Below, piece by piece: positions 34,310-43,325 of a DNA stretch of 64,000 nt. Numbering within the stretch: the first letter of the stretch is position 1; each line of letters starts with the position of its first letter. Position numbers and translations under genes: made by a program. Source of the DNA: Betaproteobacteria bacterium Ga0077523 (GTDB lineage: Bacteria > Pseudomonadota > Gammaproteobacteria > Burkholderiales > Ga0077523); assembly GCA_001464695.1 (NCBI GenBank), contig LNDQ01000108.1:148090-212089 (forward strand). Reading direction: 5' to 3'. A model generated the notes under the pieces. That model saw only the letters and a program-made list of their open reading frames with translations. It made no database searches and was not told the origin of the DNA.

Positions 34310-35662
34310 TTAGCCTGAGGGGGCCTGCCGGCGGATCAGCCACGCCAGTATCGGCGGGGTCACGAGCGTCGTCACGACCACCATGATGACGATGACCGAA
34401 AACGTCGATGCCGTCACGACACCGAGCCCCATGCCGGTCGCGGCGAAGATGAGGCCCACCTCGCCGCGCGGCACCATGCCCCACCCTACGACCCAGCGGT
34501 TCACCGGCCCGGCCGGGAGGCCCGCGACGATCTTCCCGGCGATGGCCGCCACCGCAAGTGCAAGGGCGATCGCCAGCGCGTGCGGGTCCGCCAGCAGATC
34601 GAGCTTCACGTGCATGCCGGTCACCACGAAGAAGAACGGCACGAGAAAATGGCCGATGGGCGCGATCAACTCTTCCAGGTGCCGGTGCCGGTGGGCCTGC
34701 ACGGCGGCCCCGACCCGCGTTCGCGTGTCGGCATCGGCCTCGGCCAATGCCCGATCGATGTCGGTTTCCAGCTGCGGCCGGTCGTAGTCGCGGAAGATCA
34801 CATCGTCGAGCACCAGGCCCGCCGCAAAGGCACCGACGATGGGGGCCAGATCCATGAGGCTCGCGAGCCACGCGAAGACGAGGCCGGTCGCCAGAGCCAC
34901 GGTGAGCTTCATGCCGACGCCGGTGTTGATGTGCGCGAAGCCGCGCGAGAACCATGGCGCGGCGAGCTGGCCCAGCACGATGGCCCCGGTCAGGAAGAGC
35001 ACGGCCTTGGCGATGATCCAGGCGAGCCCGGTCGGGTCGAGCGAGCCGGTGGTGACGATCGCCGAGACCACCGCGAGAATCACGAGTCCGAGCACGTCGT
35101 CGATCACCGCTGCGCCGAGAACGATGCGGGCCTCGGGCGACTGCAGGCAGCCCAGATCGCGGAACACGCGCCCGGTGATGCCGACCGAAGTGGCGGTGAG
35201 CGTGGCACCGATGAACAGGTACGCCTGCGCATCCAGGCCGGGCAGGAGCCACGGCCCGACGATGATGGTGCCGAGGACGAACGGCACGACGACGCCGACC
35301 ACCGCCACGGCCGTCGCCCGCGCACCGACGGCCAGCATCTGCTGTACGTTCGATTCGAGGCCGATCTGGAACAGCAGCACGACCACGCCGAGTTCGGCGA
35401 GGAAGGCGATGATGGGCTCCGTGGGCAGCCCCGCCGCCACATCGATGCCGATCAGCCCCAGATTGCCCAGCAGGATGCCGACGAGAAGCTCGCCGAGGAC
35501 CGCCGGCTGCTTCACGCGCTCGACCAGGCTGCCCAGCTTCGCCGCGATCAGGATCACGGCGATCCACAGGAGCAGCGTGGCATGGTGGGCAGCGTCGGCC
35601 CCGCCCGAGGCGATGGCGGCGACCGGGACCAGGAGTAGACAGAGGGCGAGCGCGCGGTTCAT
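34310..35662 (-). CDS. cation:proton antiporter (CPA2 / Kef-type Na+/H+ exchanger family)
   Basis: Start MNRALALCLLLVPVAA. QPAVLGELLVGILLG, about 12 TM helices, and no RCK/KTN domain. Confidence 0.85.
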   Translation of the reverse strand: MNRALALCLLLVPVAAIASGGADAAHHATLLLWIAVILIAAKLGSLVERVKQPAVLGELLVGILLGNLGLIGIDVAAGLPTEPIIAFLAELGVVVLLFQIGLESNVQQMLAVGARATAVAVVGVVVPFVLGTIIVGPWLLPGLDAQAYLFIGATLTATSVGITGRVFRDLGCLQSPEARIVLGAAVIDDVLGLVILAVVSAIVTTGSLDPTGLAWIIAKAVLFLTGAIVLGQLAAPWFSRGFAHINTGVGMKLTVALATGLVFAWLASLMDLAPIVGAFAAGLVLDDVIFRDYDRPQLETDIDRALAEADADTRTRVGAAVQAHRHRHLEELIAPIGHFLVPFFFVVTGMHVKLDLLADPHALAIALALAVAAIAGKIVAGLPAGPVNRWVVGWGMVPRGEVGLIFAATGMGLGVVTASTFSVIVIMVVVTTLVTPPILAWLIRRQAPSG

Positions 35663-35753
35663 CCCCGAAGGGTATCGGCTGTCGACCGCTTGCGCCACCG
35701 GATGCGATGGGGTGAGGGGCGGTGCGATAATTCTCCGCAGCATCGCTGAACGC

Positions 35754-35872
35754 AGCCCCCACCCCAACCCTCCCCCACCTTCGGCGGGGGAGGGAGCGTA
35801 CTACTCTGCCCCGTCACCTGAGGCACTCCCTCCCCCACCTTCGGTGGGGGAGGGCTGGGGTGGGGGCAAACG
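35754..35872. repeat. G/C-rich REP element pair (inverted dimer), copy 2
   Basis: GCCCCCACCCCAACCCTCCCCCACCTTCGGCGGGGGAGGGA and its inverted partner TCCCTCCCCCACCTTCGGTGGGGGAGGGCTGGGGTGGGGGC. Confidence 0.85.
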
Positions 35873-35915
35873 CACCCCGCACACCACAAGACCCATCAAC
35901 CCGGAAGATCCTCCA

Positions 35916-37049
35916 GTGGCCACCATCAACTACCTCACCACCGTGCAGTTCGACTTCGGCGCCATCAAGCTGGTGAGCGACGAGTGCAAGCGTCTCAACA
36001 TCAAGCGTCCGCTGATCGTCACCGACCGCGGCATTCGCGCCTCGGGGCTGCTCGACCGGTTGCGCGAGCACCTCGATCCCGGCCTGGGTTTCGAGGTCTA
36101 CGACGGCACGCCGCCCAATCCGACCGAAGCGGCGGCCCTGGACGCCATGGCGCAGTACCGCAAGGCGGGTGCCGACGGCATCATCGCCATGGGCGGCGGT
36201 TCCTCGCTCGATCTGGGCAAGGCCGTCGCCCTGCTGGCCACGCATCCCGGACCGTTCGTGCAGTACGCCGCGGTGGAAGGCGGCGTCGCGAAGATCACCG
36301 CCGCGGTTGCACCGCTGATCGCGATACCGACCACCGCCGGCACCGGCAGCGAAGTGGGCCGCGGTTCCGTGATGGTGCTGAACGACGGCCGCAAGCTGGG
36401 GTTCCTCTCCCCTTACCTGCTGCCGAAGGTCGCCATCTGTGATCCGGAACTCACGTTCGGTCTGCCCTCGATGCTCACGGCGGCGACCGGGATGGACGCC
36501 ATCGCCCATTGCATCGAGACGTTCCTGTCGCCGCTGGTGAATCCGCCCGCGGAAGCCATCGCGATCGACGGTCTCACGCGCGCATCCGCTCATATCGAGC
36601 GCGCCACGCGCGACGGCCAGGATCGCGACGCACGCTGGAACATGATGATGGCCGCGATGGAAGGCGCCATGGCCTTCCAGAAAGGGCTCGGTGCCGTGCA
36701 CGCGCTGTCGCATCCGCTGGGTGCGTTGCACGAACTCAAGCTGCATCACGGCACGCTCAACGCCGTGTTGCTGCCCGCGGTGATCCAGTACAACACGCCT
36801 GCCGTAGGCGACAAGATCGCCCGGCTTGCGGCCGCGATGGGGTTACCGAAGGGCGCGGATGTCGCGCAGGCCATTCACGATCTCAACGCGAAACTCGGCC
36901 TGCCGATCGGATTGAAGGCGATGGGCGTGCCGAAGGATGCGCTGCAGGGCATCGCCGAAGCAGCGCCGAAGGATCACTGCCACGGCACCAATCCGCGCCA
37001 GCCGACGGTGGCGGAGTATCGGACGTTGTTGGAAGAGGCGTACGTGTAG
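35916..37049 (+). CDS. iron-containing (group III) alcohol dehydrogenase
   Basis: GTG start at 35916 (VATINYLT). GGGSSLDLGKA, IPTTAGTGSE and metal ligands (AIAHCIE, HALSHPLG, HG). Confidence 0.85.
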   Translation: MATINYLTTVQFDFGAIKLVSDECKRLNIKRPLIVTDRGIRASGLLDRLREHLDPGLGFEVYDGTPPNPTEAAALDAMAQYRKAGADGIIAMGGGSSLDLGKAVALLATHPGPFVQYAAVEGGVAKITAAVAPLIAIPTTAGTGSEVGRGSVMVLNDGRKLGFLSPYLLPKVAICDPELTFGLPSMLTAATGMDAIAHCIETFLSPLVNPPAEAIAIDGLTRASAHIERATRDGQDRDARWNMMMAAMEGAMAFQKGLGAVHALSHPLGALHELKLHHGTLNAVLLPAVIQYNTPAVGDKIARLAAAMGLPKGADVAQAIHDLNAKLGLPIGLKAMGVPKDALQGIAEAAPKDHCHGTNPRQPTVAEYRTLLEEAYV

Positions 37050-37059
37050 TCGGGCTGCT

Positions 37060-37110
37060 TGCCCCCACCCCAACCCTCCCCCGGCGAAGCCGGGGGGGAT
37101 GGGGCAGCGC
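37060..37110. repeat. G/C-rich REP element, copy 3 (single unit)
   Basis: GCCCCCACCCCAACCCTCCCCCGGCGAAGCCGGGGGGGATGGGGCAGCGC. Confidence 0.75.
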
Positions 37111-37208
37111 AGCGCCCGCTTCATTGGGAAAGGCTGTGATGGGGGCATTCCCCGGCGGACCGAACGACTAGAATCGCGTTCGTCCCATCACGCCTGTTGA
37201 CGGTCCGA

Positions 37209-37862
37209 ATGCTCTCACACATCCCCGTCGCCAAGACGCTGCTGATCCTGCTCGCGGTGGCAGCCTGGACGATCGGGGCTCACGTGGTATTCGCCACTGG
37301 CGAGCCCTCGCGTCTCGCGACCTGCTATGCCGGCGCACCCATCGCGGTCACCGCTGCCTGGCTCCTGCGTCATGCGCGCTGGAGGCAACTCTGGTTCGCA
37401 TTGATCGCAGGGGCACTGCTCGCGGCAGTGCTGATCGTGCCCGTGAATCGCACCGACGCGAGCCTCGTCTATCAGCTCCAGTACCTCGCCATGCAGGGTG
37501 CGCTGGCGGTGCTGTTCGGCCGCACGCTCCTGGCGGGACGCGAACCGCTGGTCACCCGCTTCGCACGCATCGTCCGTGGCGAGCTGCAGCCCGCCATCGA
37601 GCGCTACACGCGTTCGGTCACGCTGGCATGGACCCTCTTCTTCATTGTCATGGCATTGATCGCGGTCGTGCTGTACTCCGCCGCACCGCGCGAAACCTGG
37701 TCAGCGTTCGTGAACCTGTTGACCCTCCCGTGCGTACTCGCCATGTTCGTCGCGGAATACGCGGTGCGACGCATCCGCTTTCCGGCGCTGCAACACTCGT
37801 CGATCCTCGCGGGCGCGCGCGCGTTCCAGCGCGCCTTCACATCGCGCGAACCGCCGCCGTGA
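37209..37862 (+). CDS. integral membrane protein of aryl-polyene-type clusters (COG4648-like)
   Basis: About 5 TM helices. It is the first gene of a tightly coupled lipid/polyketide operon. An alternative TTG start lies at 37197. Confidence 0.6.
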   Translation: MLSHIPVAKTLLILLAVAAWTIGAHVVFATGEPSRLATCYAGAPIAVTAAWLLRHARWRQLWFALIAGALLAAVLIVPVNRTDASLVYQLQYLAMQGALAVLFGRTLLAGREPLVTRFARIVRGELQPAIERYTRSVTLAWTLFFIVMALIAVVLYSAAPRETWSAFVNLLTLPCVLAMFVAEYAVRRIRFPALQHSSILAGARAFQRAFTSREPPP

Positions 37863-38662
37863 GCGCCCGGCGCTGGCAGCCCTCGCCGCTCATCCTCGGC
37901 TCCTTCGGGTTGCACGCCGGTGCCGCGGCCGGCCTGATGCTGGCGCCGGGTGAGTGGCCGACCATCGCCGGCGCCATCGTCGCCAACCACGCGTTGTTGA
38001 CGGCCGCGGGGCTCTGGCCGCGCAGCCGCCTGTTGGGGCCGAACCTGCTGCGGCTGCCGGCGAGTGCCATCGCGCGCCGCGAAGTCGCCATCACCATCGA
38101 CGACGGGCCCGATCCCGAAGTCACTCCCCATGTGCTCGACCTGCTCGAGGCGCGCGCGGCGCGTGCGACCTTTTTCTGCATTGGCGCACGCGCTCTGCGC
38201 AGCCGCGACCTGTGCGCCGAGATCGTCCGTCGCGGTCATGTCGTGGAGAATCACACCCAGCACCATGCACATCACTTTTCGATGCTCGGACCCGGTGCAA
38301 TGAAACGCGAGATCGCTGCCGCCCAGGACACGCTGGAAGGTATCACCGGATCGCGACCGTGTTTCTTCCGCGCGCCGGCGGGACTGCGCAATCCGTTTCT
38401 CGAGCCAGTGCTCGCGAAGCTCGACCTGCAACTCGCCAGCTGGACCCGTCGCGGCTTCGACACGGTGCGGCGAAATCCCGACTACGTCGCCGGTCGACTA
38501 CTGGACAAACTGGCCGCAGGCGACATCCTGTTGTTGCACGACGGTCACGCGGCGCGGACCGCAGCGGACCGACCGGTGGTGCTGGAAGTCCTGCCGCGCC
38601 TGCTCGATGCCTGCGCCGGGCGCGGCCTCACGCCGGTCACCTTGCGGGAAGGCACTACGTGA
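37859..38662 (+). CDS. polysaccharide deacetylase (NodB/CE4-like) family protein
   Basis: GTGA overlap with the upstream gene. ITIDDGPDP, HTQHH and an N-terminal TM segment. Confidence 0.8.
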   Translation: MSARRWQPSPLILGSFGLHAGAAAGLMLAPGEWPTIAGAIVANHALLTAAGLWPRSRLLGPNLLRLPASAIARREVAITIDDGPDPEVTPHVLDLLEARAARATFFCIGARALRSRDLCAEIVRRGHVVENHTQHHAHHFSMLGPGAMKREIAAAQDTLEGITGSRPCFFRAPAGLRNPFLEPVLAKLDLQLASWTRRGFDTVRRNPDYVAGRLLDKLAAGDILLLHDGHAARTAADRPVVLEVLPRLLDACAGRGLTPVTLREGTT

Positions 38663-39372
38663 ACGAGCGCGAGTTTCGCGCGGCACTGGTCGACACAGCC
38701 GCCGCACCGTACCGGCAGGCAGGCCGCTTCGCGTGGCATTTCGCGCGCGGCAAGATCGGGAGCGATCCGGCGTTCGTCGGGATGCTGCGACTCGGCCTCT
38801 TCCGCCCGAACGCACGCGTCCTCGACCTCGGTTGCGGTCAGGGCCTGCTGGCATCCACTCTGGTGGCGGCCGACAGGTTGCACGCGCGCGGCGCCTGGCC
38901 CTCAGGCTGGCCGCCGGCACCGTCGGGCATTCGGGTACGCGGCATCGAACTCATGCCGCGCGACGTGGAGCGGGCCCGGCACGCACTCGGCGATGGTGCA
39001 GAAGTCGAACAAGGCGACATCCGATCGGCAGCCTTCGATGCAGTGGATGCGGTGGTCATCCTGGACGTCCTGCACTACATCCCCCGCGCGGAGCAGGAGG
39101 CGGTGCTGGTGCGCGTGCGCCATGCGCTGTCGCCGGGCGGCGTTCTGCTGTTGCGCGTGGGCGATGCCGCGGCCGGGTTGCCGTTCCGGGTGAGCCAGGG
39201 CGTCGATCGGGTCGTGACGTTCGTCCGCGGTCATCGATTGGCGCAATTGTACTGCCGGCCGTTGCGCGAGTGGATCGACGTGCTGACGGCCATCGGTTTC
39301 GAGGTGCAGGCGCTGCCCATGAGTGAGGGGACGCCGTTTGCGAATGTGTTGTTGGTGGGGCGGGTGAGATAG
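38659..39372 (+). CDS. class I SAM-dependent methyltransferase
   Basis: GTGA overlap with the upstream gene. Motif I VLDLGCGQGLL, plus DAVVILDVLHYI. Confidence 0.8.
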   Translation: MNEREFRAALVDTAAAPYRQAGRFAWHFARGKIGSDPAFVGMLRLGLFRPNARVLDLGCGQGLLASTLVAADRLHARGAWPSGWPPAPSGIRVRGIELMPRDVERARHALGDGAEVEQGDIRSAAFDAVDAVVILDVLHYIPRAEQEAVLVRVRHALSPGGVLLLRVGDAAAGLPFRVSQGVDRVVTFVRGHRLAQLYCRPLREWIDVLTAIGFEVQALPMSEGTPFANVLLVGRVR

Positions 39373-39480
39373 GCAGCGCTGCCCCCTCCCTCCGCCCTCC
39401 CCCGGCATAGCCGGGGGAGGGGACGTACACCCCTTCCCCCATCGAAGATGGGGGAAGGCTGGGATGGGGGCAGCGCCGCC
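39372..39480. repeat. G/C-rich REP element pair, copy 4
   Basis: CCCTCCCCCGGCATAGCCGGGGGAGGGG and CCCTTCCCCCATCGAAGATGGGGGAAGGCTGGGATGGGGGCAGCGCC, between convergent stops. Confidence 0.8.
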
Positions 39481-40256
39481 TACCCCTCGCGAACCGCCCG
39501 GTACTCCGAAAAGATCCCCGCCTCCACGTGACGCTCGACCCGCGTGAAGCCGACGTGCGTCAGCGTCGCGAGCACCCGCTCGGGCGGCACGCACGTTTCG
39601 ATCGTGTCCCAGTAGTAGCGCATCAGCTCGGGCGTGTCGGCATTGCGCGCCACGAACCACGACAACGCCGGCACGACGCCGCGCATGTAGGTCTTCAGCA
39701 GCCAGGTGCGCAACGCGGTCGCCGGGCGGGTGATCTCGAGCACGCACACGATGCCGCCGGGCTTCAGCACGCGCCGGAACTCGCTGAACGCTTCGGCGAG
39801 ATCGCCGATGTGGCGCAACGCGTAGCCCATGCTCACGAAGTCGGCGCACGCATCGGGCAACGGGATGGATTCGGCGCGACCCTCGAGCAGCGTCACACCT
39901 GCAGGCACGTGCGCGGCGCCGAGCATGCCGGGGCTCGGATCGACGCCCGTCACCAAGGTGGGGGCACCGACGATGCGAGCCGCCTCGCGCGACACCAGGC
40001 CGGTTCCCACACCCACGTCGACCACGCGCATGCCGGCAGCGAGTCCGGCACGCAGCAGCGCCTGTCGTCGATACCACGACCCGGTACCGAGCGCCATCAT
40101 GCGTTCGACCCGATCGTAGTCGGGAGCGGAGCGATCGAAGATGCCGCGCACCCAATCGCGCCGCTGCGTCTCGCCGTCGTAGTAGCCCTCGAGCGGCGGA
40201 TGCGGAGCATGCACCACCGTACCCTCGCCCACCGGCGGCGTGGTCGAATCAACCAT
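39480..40256 (-). CDS. class I SAM-dependent methyltransferase (UbiE/MenG-like)
   Basis: VVDVGVGTGLV motif I, plus LKPGGIVCVLE. 8-nt overlap with the upstream acyltransferase gene. Confidence 0.8.
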   Translation of the reverse strand: MVDSTTPPVGEGTVVHAPHPPLEGYYDGETQRRDWVRGIFDRSAPDYDRVERMMALGTGSWYRRQALLRAGLAAGMRVVDVGVGTGLVSREAARIVGAPTLVTGVDPSPGMLGAAHVPAGVTLLEGRAESIPLPDACADFVSMGYALRHIGDLAEAFSEFRRVLKPGGIVCVLEITRPATALRTWLLKTYMRGVVPALSWFVARNADTPELMRYYWDTIETCVPPERVLATLTHVGFTRVERHVEAGIFSEYRAVREG

Positions 40257-41109
40257 CGCGATGCACCGGTGGCGTCACGCGCATTTCATCTTCGAAGTAC
40301 TGCTCGAGCATCGCGCTGAAGGCTTTCACGTCCCTGTCCACCATGAATCGCCGGCCCAGCCGCACCCGGTAGCGGATCGGCATGGACGGCCGTCGCCACC
40401 AGGGCCAGCCTTTGCCGAGGAACGGCGCAGCCGTCTCGATGAAGACTGTCTGCACCGGCACACCTGCGCGCCGCGCGATCAGGGCGAACCCCGGCTTGAA
40501 CGGATTGACCGGCCGCCGCACCGAACGCGTACCTTCCGGAAACACCAGCAGTTGACTGCCGCGCCCGATTTCCTCGACTGCACGCTTCACCATGCTGCAC
40601 GGCGAATCGTTGCGGATATAGCCCGCCAGGCGTGCACCGCCGCCCAGCAGGACGTTGTTCCACAGGTCGGCCTTCATGATGCCGGTGATCCGCGGGAGAC
40701 GCGAGGCCACCAGCAATACGTCCAGCAGCGCCGGATGATTCGGCGCGATGACGAGGCCGCCCTCCTTCCGCAACGGATCGAGCGCGCCCAGATCGAACTC
40801 GAAACGCCCGGTCAGCCGCAGGAACCCGAGTTGCATGCGAAACGCGGCCATGATCATCCACTGCCCCACACGCGTGCCGGTGCGCCGGGGGAGCAGCCGC
40901 CACAACACCGCCGCGAGCAAGCCGGCGAAGAGCGTGATGGCGACGAAGACCGCATAGCCGGCCCAGAACGCCGCGATGTCGCCGGCTTCGCGCCATCCGC
41001 CCGGGTCGGCCGTACCGGCATCCGTCACGCCTACCCGCCAACCGCCTCCGGCCCGCGTGGTCTCGTCCTCGAGTTGCTCCCGGACCGGATCAGTGCGCGG
41101 CGGATTCAT
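40249..41109 (-). CDS. lysophospholipid (PlsC-type) acyltransferase family protein
   Basis: NHPALLD (HX4D-type block) and FPEGTRS, with an N-terminal TM segment. Confidence 0.8.
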   Translation of the reverse strand: MNPPRTDPVREQLEDETTRAGGGWRVGVTDAGTADPGGWREAGDIAAFWAGYAVFVAITLFAGLLAAVLWRLLPRRTGTRVGQWMIMAAFRMQLGFLRLTGRFEFDLGALDPLRKEGGLVIAPNHPALLDVLLVASRLPRITGIMKADLWNNVLLGGGARLAGYIRNDSPCSMVKRAVEEIGRGSQLLVFPEGTRSVRRPVNPFKPGFALIARRAGVPVQTVFIETAAPFLGKGWPWWRRPSMPIRYRVRLGRRFMVDRDVKAFSAMLEQYFEDEMRVTPPVHRDG

Positions 41110-42406
41110 GCAGCGTCTCTCCCACGATGCGCCGCCGCCGCAGCCACGCGAGGAGCGACCGCCTCGGCCTCAGCACGCAGTTGAACAGGTAGATCGCCTT
41201 GAACATCGACAACCGGAAACCGATCGGCGTGCCACGGAAGATGTCGCCCGCCAGCACCGCGAGCAACGCCTCCTTGACCCGCCAGTCGTTGCGCGGGTGC
41301 ATGAACAGCTCGCGCATCGCCGGATTCGTGACGCGATAGATGAACCACGAGAACTGCTTGGGCCCGCGCCGCATCACGCGGTCGAAGCGCCGCAGCGCCG
41401 CTGCCGCCTCCTGCGGCTGGTCGAGGCAGGTGCGCACCGTCTCGGCGCCCTCGAACGCGCTGTTCATCGCGAGGAAGACTCCGGACGAGAACACCGGATC
41501 GACGAAGGCGAAGGCATCGCCCAGCATCAGGTAGTTGTGACCGAACGAGCGCCGCGCCGAGTAGGAGTAGTTGCCGGTAGCCGTGGCCGGTTCGACCAGT
41601 TGCGCGCCTTCGAGCCGCCGGGCGAGCAGCGGGCACAGCGCGATCGTGTCGTGGAAGAAGCTGGTGACGTCCTTCTTGCGCGACTTGAGGTAGTAGGGCC
41701 AGCAGACCGCGCCGACGCTGGTGGTGCCGTCGGCGAGCGGAATGAACCAGAACCAGCCGTGATCGAACCAGAAGATGCTGATGTTGCCTTCGGCCGCGCC
41801 CGGCAGGCGTTGCGCCCCGGTGAAGTGACCGTACACGGCGGCGCTGTTGTGGCGCCGATTCTTCTCCTTCAACTGCAGCTGGTTGGCGAGCAGCGTGTCG
41901 CGCCCGGAAGCGTCGATCACGAATCGCGCCTGCCACTGCAGCAGCTGGCCGGACTCGTCCTTGGCGGTGACCAGCGCACCGCGACCTGCCGCCTCGAAGT
42001 CGATCCGGTTCGCACGCACGCCCTCCAGCAGCTCGGCGCCCTTGCGGCCGGCGTTGCGGAACAGGATGTGATCGAACTCCGAGCGCCGCACCTGGTAGGC
42101 ATAGGGGAAACTCTTGTCCCACGCGTCGGAGAAATCGAGGGTCACCGGCGCATCATGGGTCGGCGAGTTGAACTCGACGCCGTTCTTGCGCATGCCGATC
42201 GCCTCGACCTCGTCGCGCACGCCGAGCCGATCGAACAACGGAAGGTTGAGCGGCAGCAGCGACTCGCCGATGTGAAAGCGCGGATGCCGTGTCTTCTCCA
42301 GGACGACCACATGGCGGCCCTGCTGGGCGAGCAACGCGGCAATGGTGGACCCGGCCGGACCGCCGCCCACGACCAGCACCTCACACGACTTCACCGGATC
42401 CGACAT
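41090..42406 (-). CDS. FAD-dependent halogenase-like oxidoreductase
   Basis: GGGPAGS dinucleotide fold at residues 14-20, HPRFHIGESLLP, GWFWFIP (encoded at 41738-41758, a WxWxIP-type motif) and FVDPVFSSGV. Start MSDPV (ATG 42404-42406); an alternative GTG lies at 42433. Confidence 0.75.
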   Translation of the reverse strand: MSDPVKSCEVLVVGGGPAGSTIAALLAQQGRHVVVLEKTRHPRFHIGESLLPLNLPLFDRLGVRDEVEAIGMRKNGVEFNSPTHDAPVTLDFSDAWDKSFPYAYQVRRSEFDHILFRNAGRKGAELLEGVRANRIDFEAAGRGALVTAKDESGQLLQWQARFVIDASGRDTLLANQLQLKEKNRRHNSAAVYGHFTGAQRLPGAAEGNISIFWFDHGWFWFIPLADGTTSVGAVCWPYYLKSRKKDVTSFFHDTIALCPLLARRLEGAQLVEPATATGNYSYSARRSFGHNYLMLGDAFAFVDPVFSSGVFLAMNSAFEGAETVRTCLDQPQEAAAALRRFDRVMRRGPKQFSWFIYRVTNPAMRELFMHPRNDWRVKEALLAVLAGDIFRGTPIGFRLSMFKAIYLFNCVLRPRRSLLAWLRRRRIVGETLHESAAH

Positions 42407-42589
42407 GGGTTCGCTCTCTCGAGGCACCGGCACGACTCCGAACGCACCCGGTCGATGCCAGTGCGCTGCATTCTAGTGCACTTCCCGCCATCGATCGACC
42501 ATGGGAGCGGCAGCGGGCCTTGTTAGAATGACCGGAATGACGATCGTACCAGCGCCGCACCGCGGCCCGGCCGCCGTGCCGGTGTCCCC

Positions 42590-43309
42590 ATGAAGCGCGC
42601 CCTCGTGACGGGCGCCAGCGGAGGTGTCGGTGCCGCGATCTGCCGAACGCTGGCAACCGAGGGTCTGCACGTGATCGCACACGCGAACGCCCATCCTGAC
42701 GCGGCCGCCGCGCTCGCCGGCGAGATCGTCGCGGCCGGCGGCTCGGCGGAGACAGTCTGTTTCGACGTGACCGACGCGCAAGCAACGCGCGCTGCCCTCG
42801 AAGCGCTGATCGCCCGCGGTGCGATCCAGGTGCTGGTGAACAACGCCGGCCTGCACGAGGATGCGCCGCTGCCCGGCATGACCGGGGAGCAGTGGTCGCG
42901 GGTGATCGACGTCAGCCTGAACGGCTTCTTCAACGTGACCCAGCCGCTGCTGCTGCCGATGATCCGCACCCGCTGGGGCCGCATCATCAGCATCTCGTCG
43001 GTGAGTGCCCTGATCGGCAATCGCGGGCAGGCGAACTACGCGGCGGCCAAGGCCGGGCTGCATGGCGCCTCGCGCTCGCTGGCGCTGGAAGTGGCCACGC
43101 GCGGCATCACCGCCAACATCGTGGCCCCGGGCGTGATCGACGCCGGCACGACGGCCACCGCATTCTCCGAGGAGCGCGTGAAATCCGTCGTGCCGATGCA
43201 GCGCACCGGCACGCCCGACGAAGTGGCGGCGCTGGTCCGGTTCCTCGCGTCCGATGAGGCGGGGTACATCACCGGGCAGGTGATCGCGGTATCGGGCGGG
43301 CTCGGCTAG
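42590..43309 (+). CDS. fabG: 3-oxoacyl-ACP reductase (SDR family)
   Basis: TGASGGVG, NNAG and S...YAAAK catalytic triad spacing; PG motif. Confidence 0.85.
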   Translation: MKRALVTGASGGVGAAICRTLATEGLHVIAHANAHPDAAAALAGEIVAAGGSAETVCFDVTDAQATRAALEALIARGAIQVLVNNAGLHEDAPLPGMTGEQWSRVIDVSLNGFFNVTQPLLLPMIRTRWGRIISISSVSALIGNRGQANYAAAKAGLHGASRSLALEVATRGITANIVAPGVIDAGTTATAFSEERVKSVVPMQRTGTPDEVAALVRFLASDEAGYITGQVIAVSGGLG

Positions 43310-43325
43310 TCGCCGCTCCAGACCC

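Noticed and set aside
35754-35872. Peptide-like 'PPPPSAGEGAYY...PPPPSVGEGWGGG' reading of REP elements as a coding repeat protein.
   Set aside because: The same DNA element occurs in both orientations and in all frames at intergenic sites and forms strong hairpins, so it is non-coding REP. The single exception is the in-frame copy inside the ATPase, reported separately.
42407-42589. Palindrome AGTGCACT and nearby AGTGCGCT in the halogenase/fabG divergent region, considered as an operator.
   Set aside because: It is a short 8-bp palindrome with no second site at helical spacing and no regulator gene in the cluster. It cannot be distinguished from chance.
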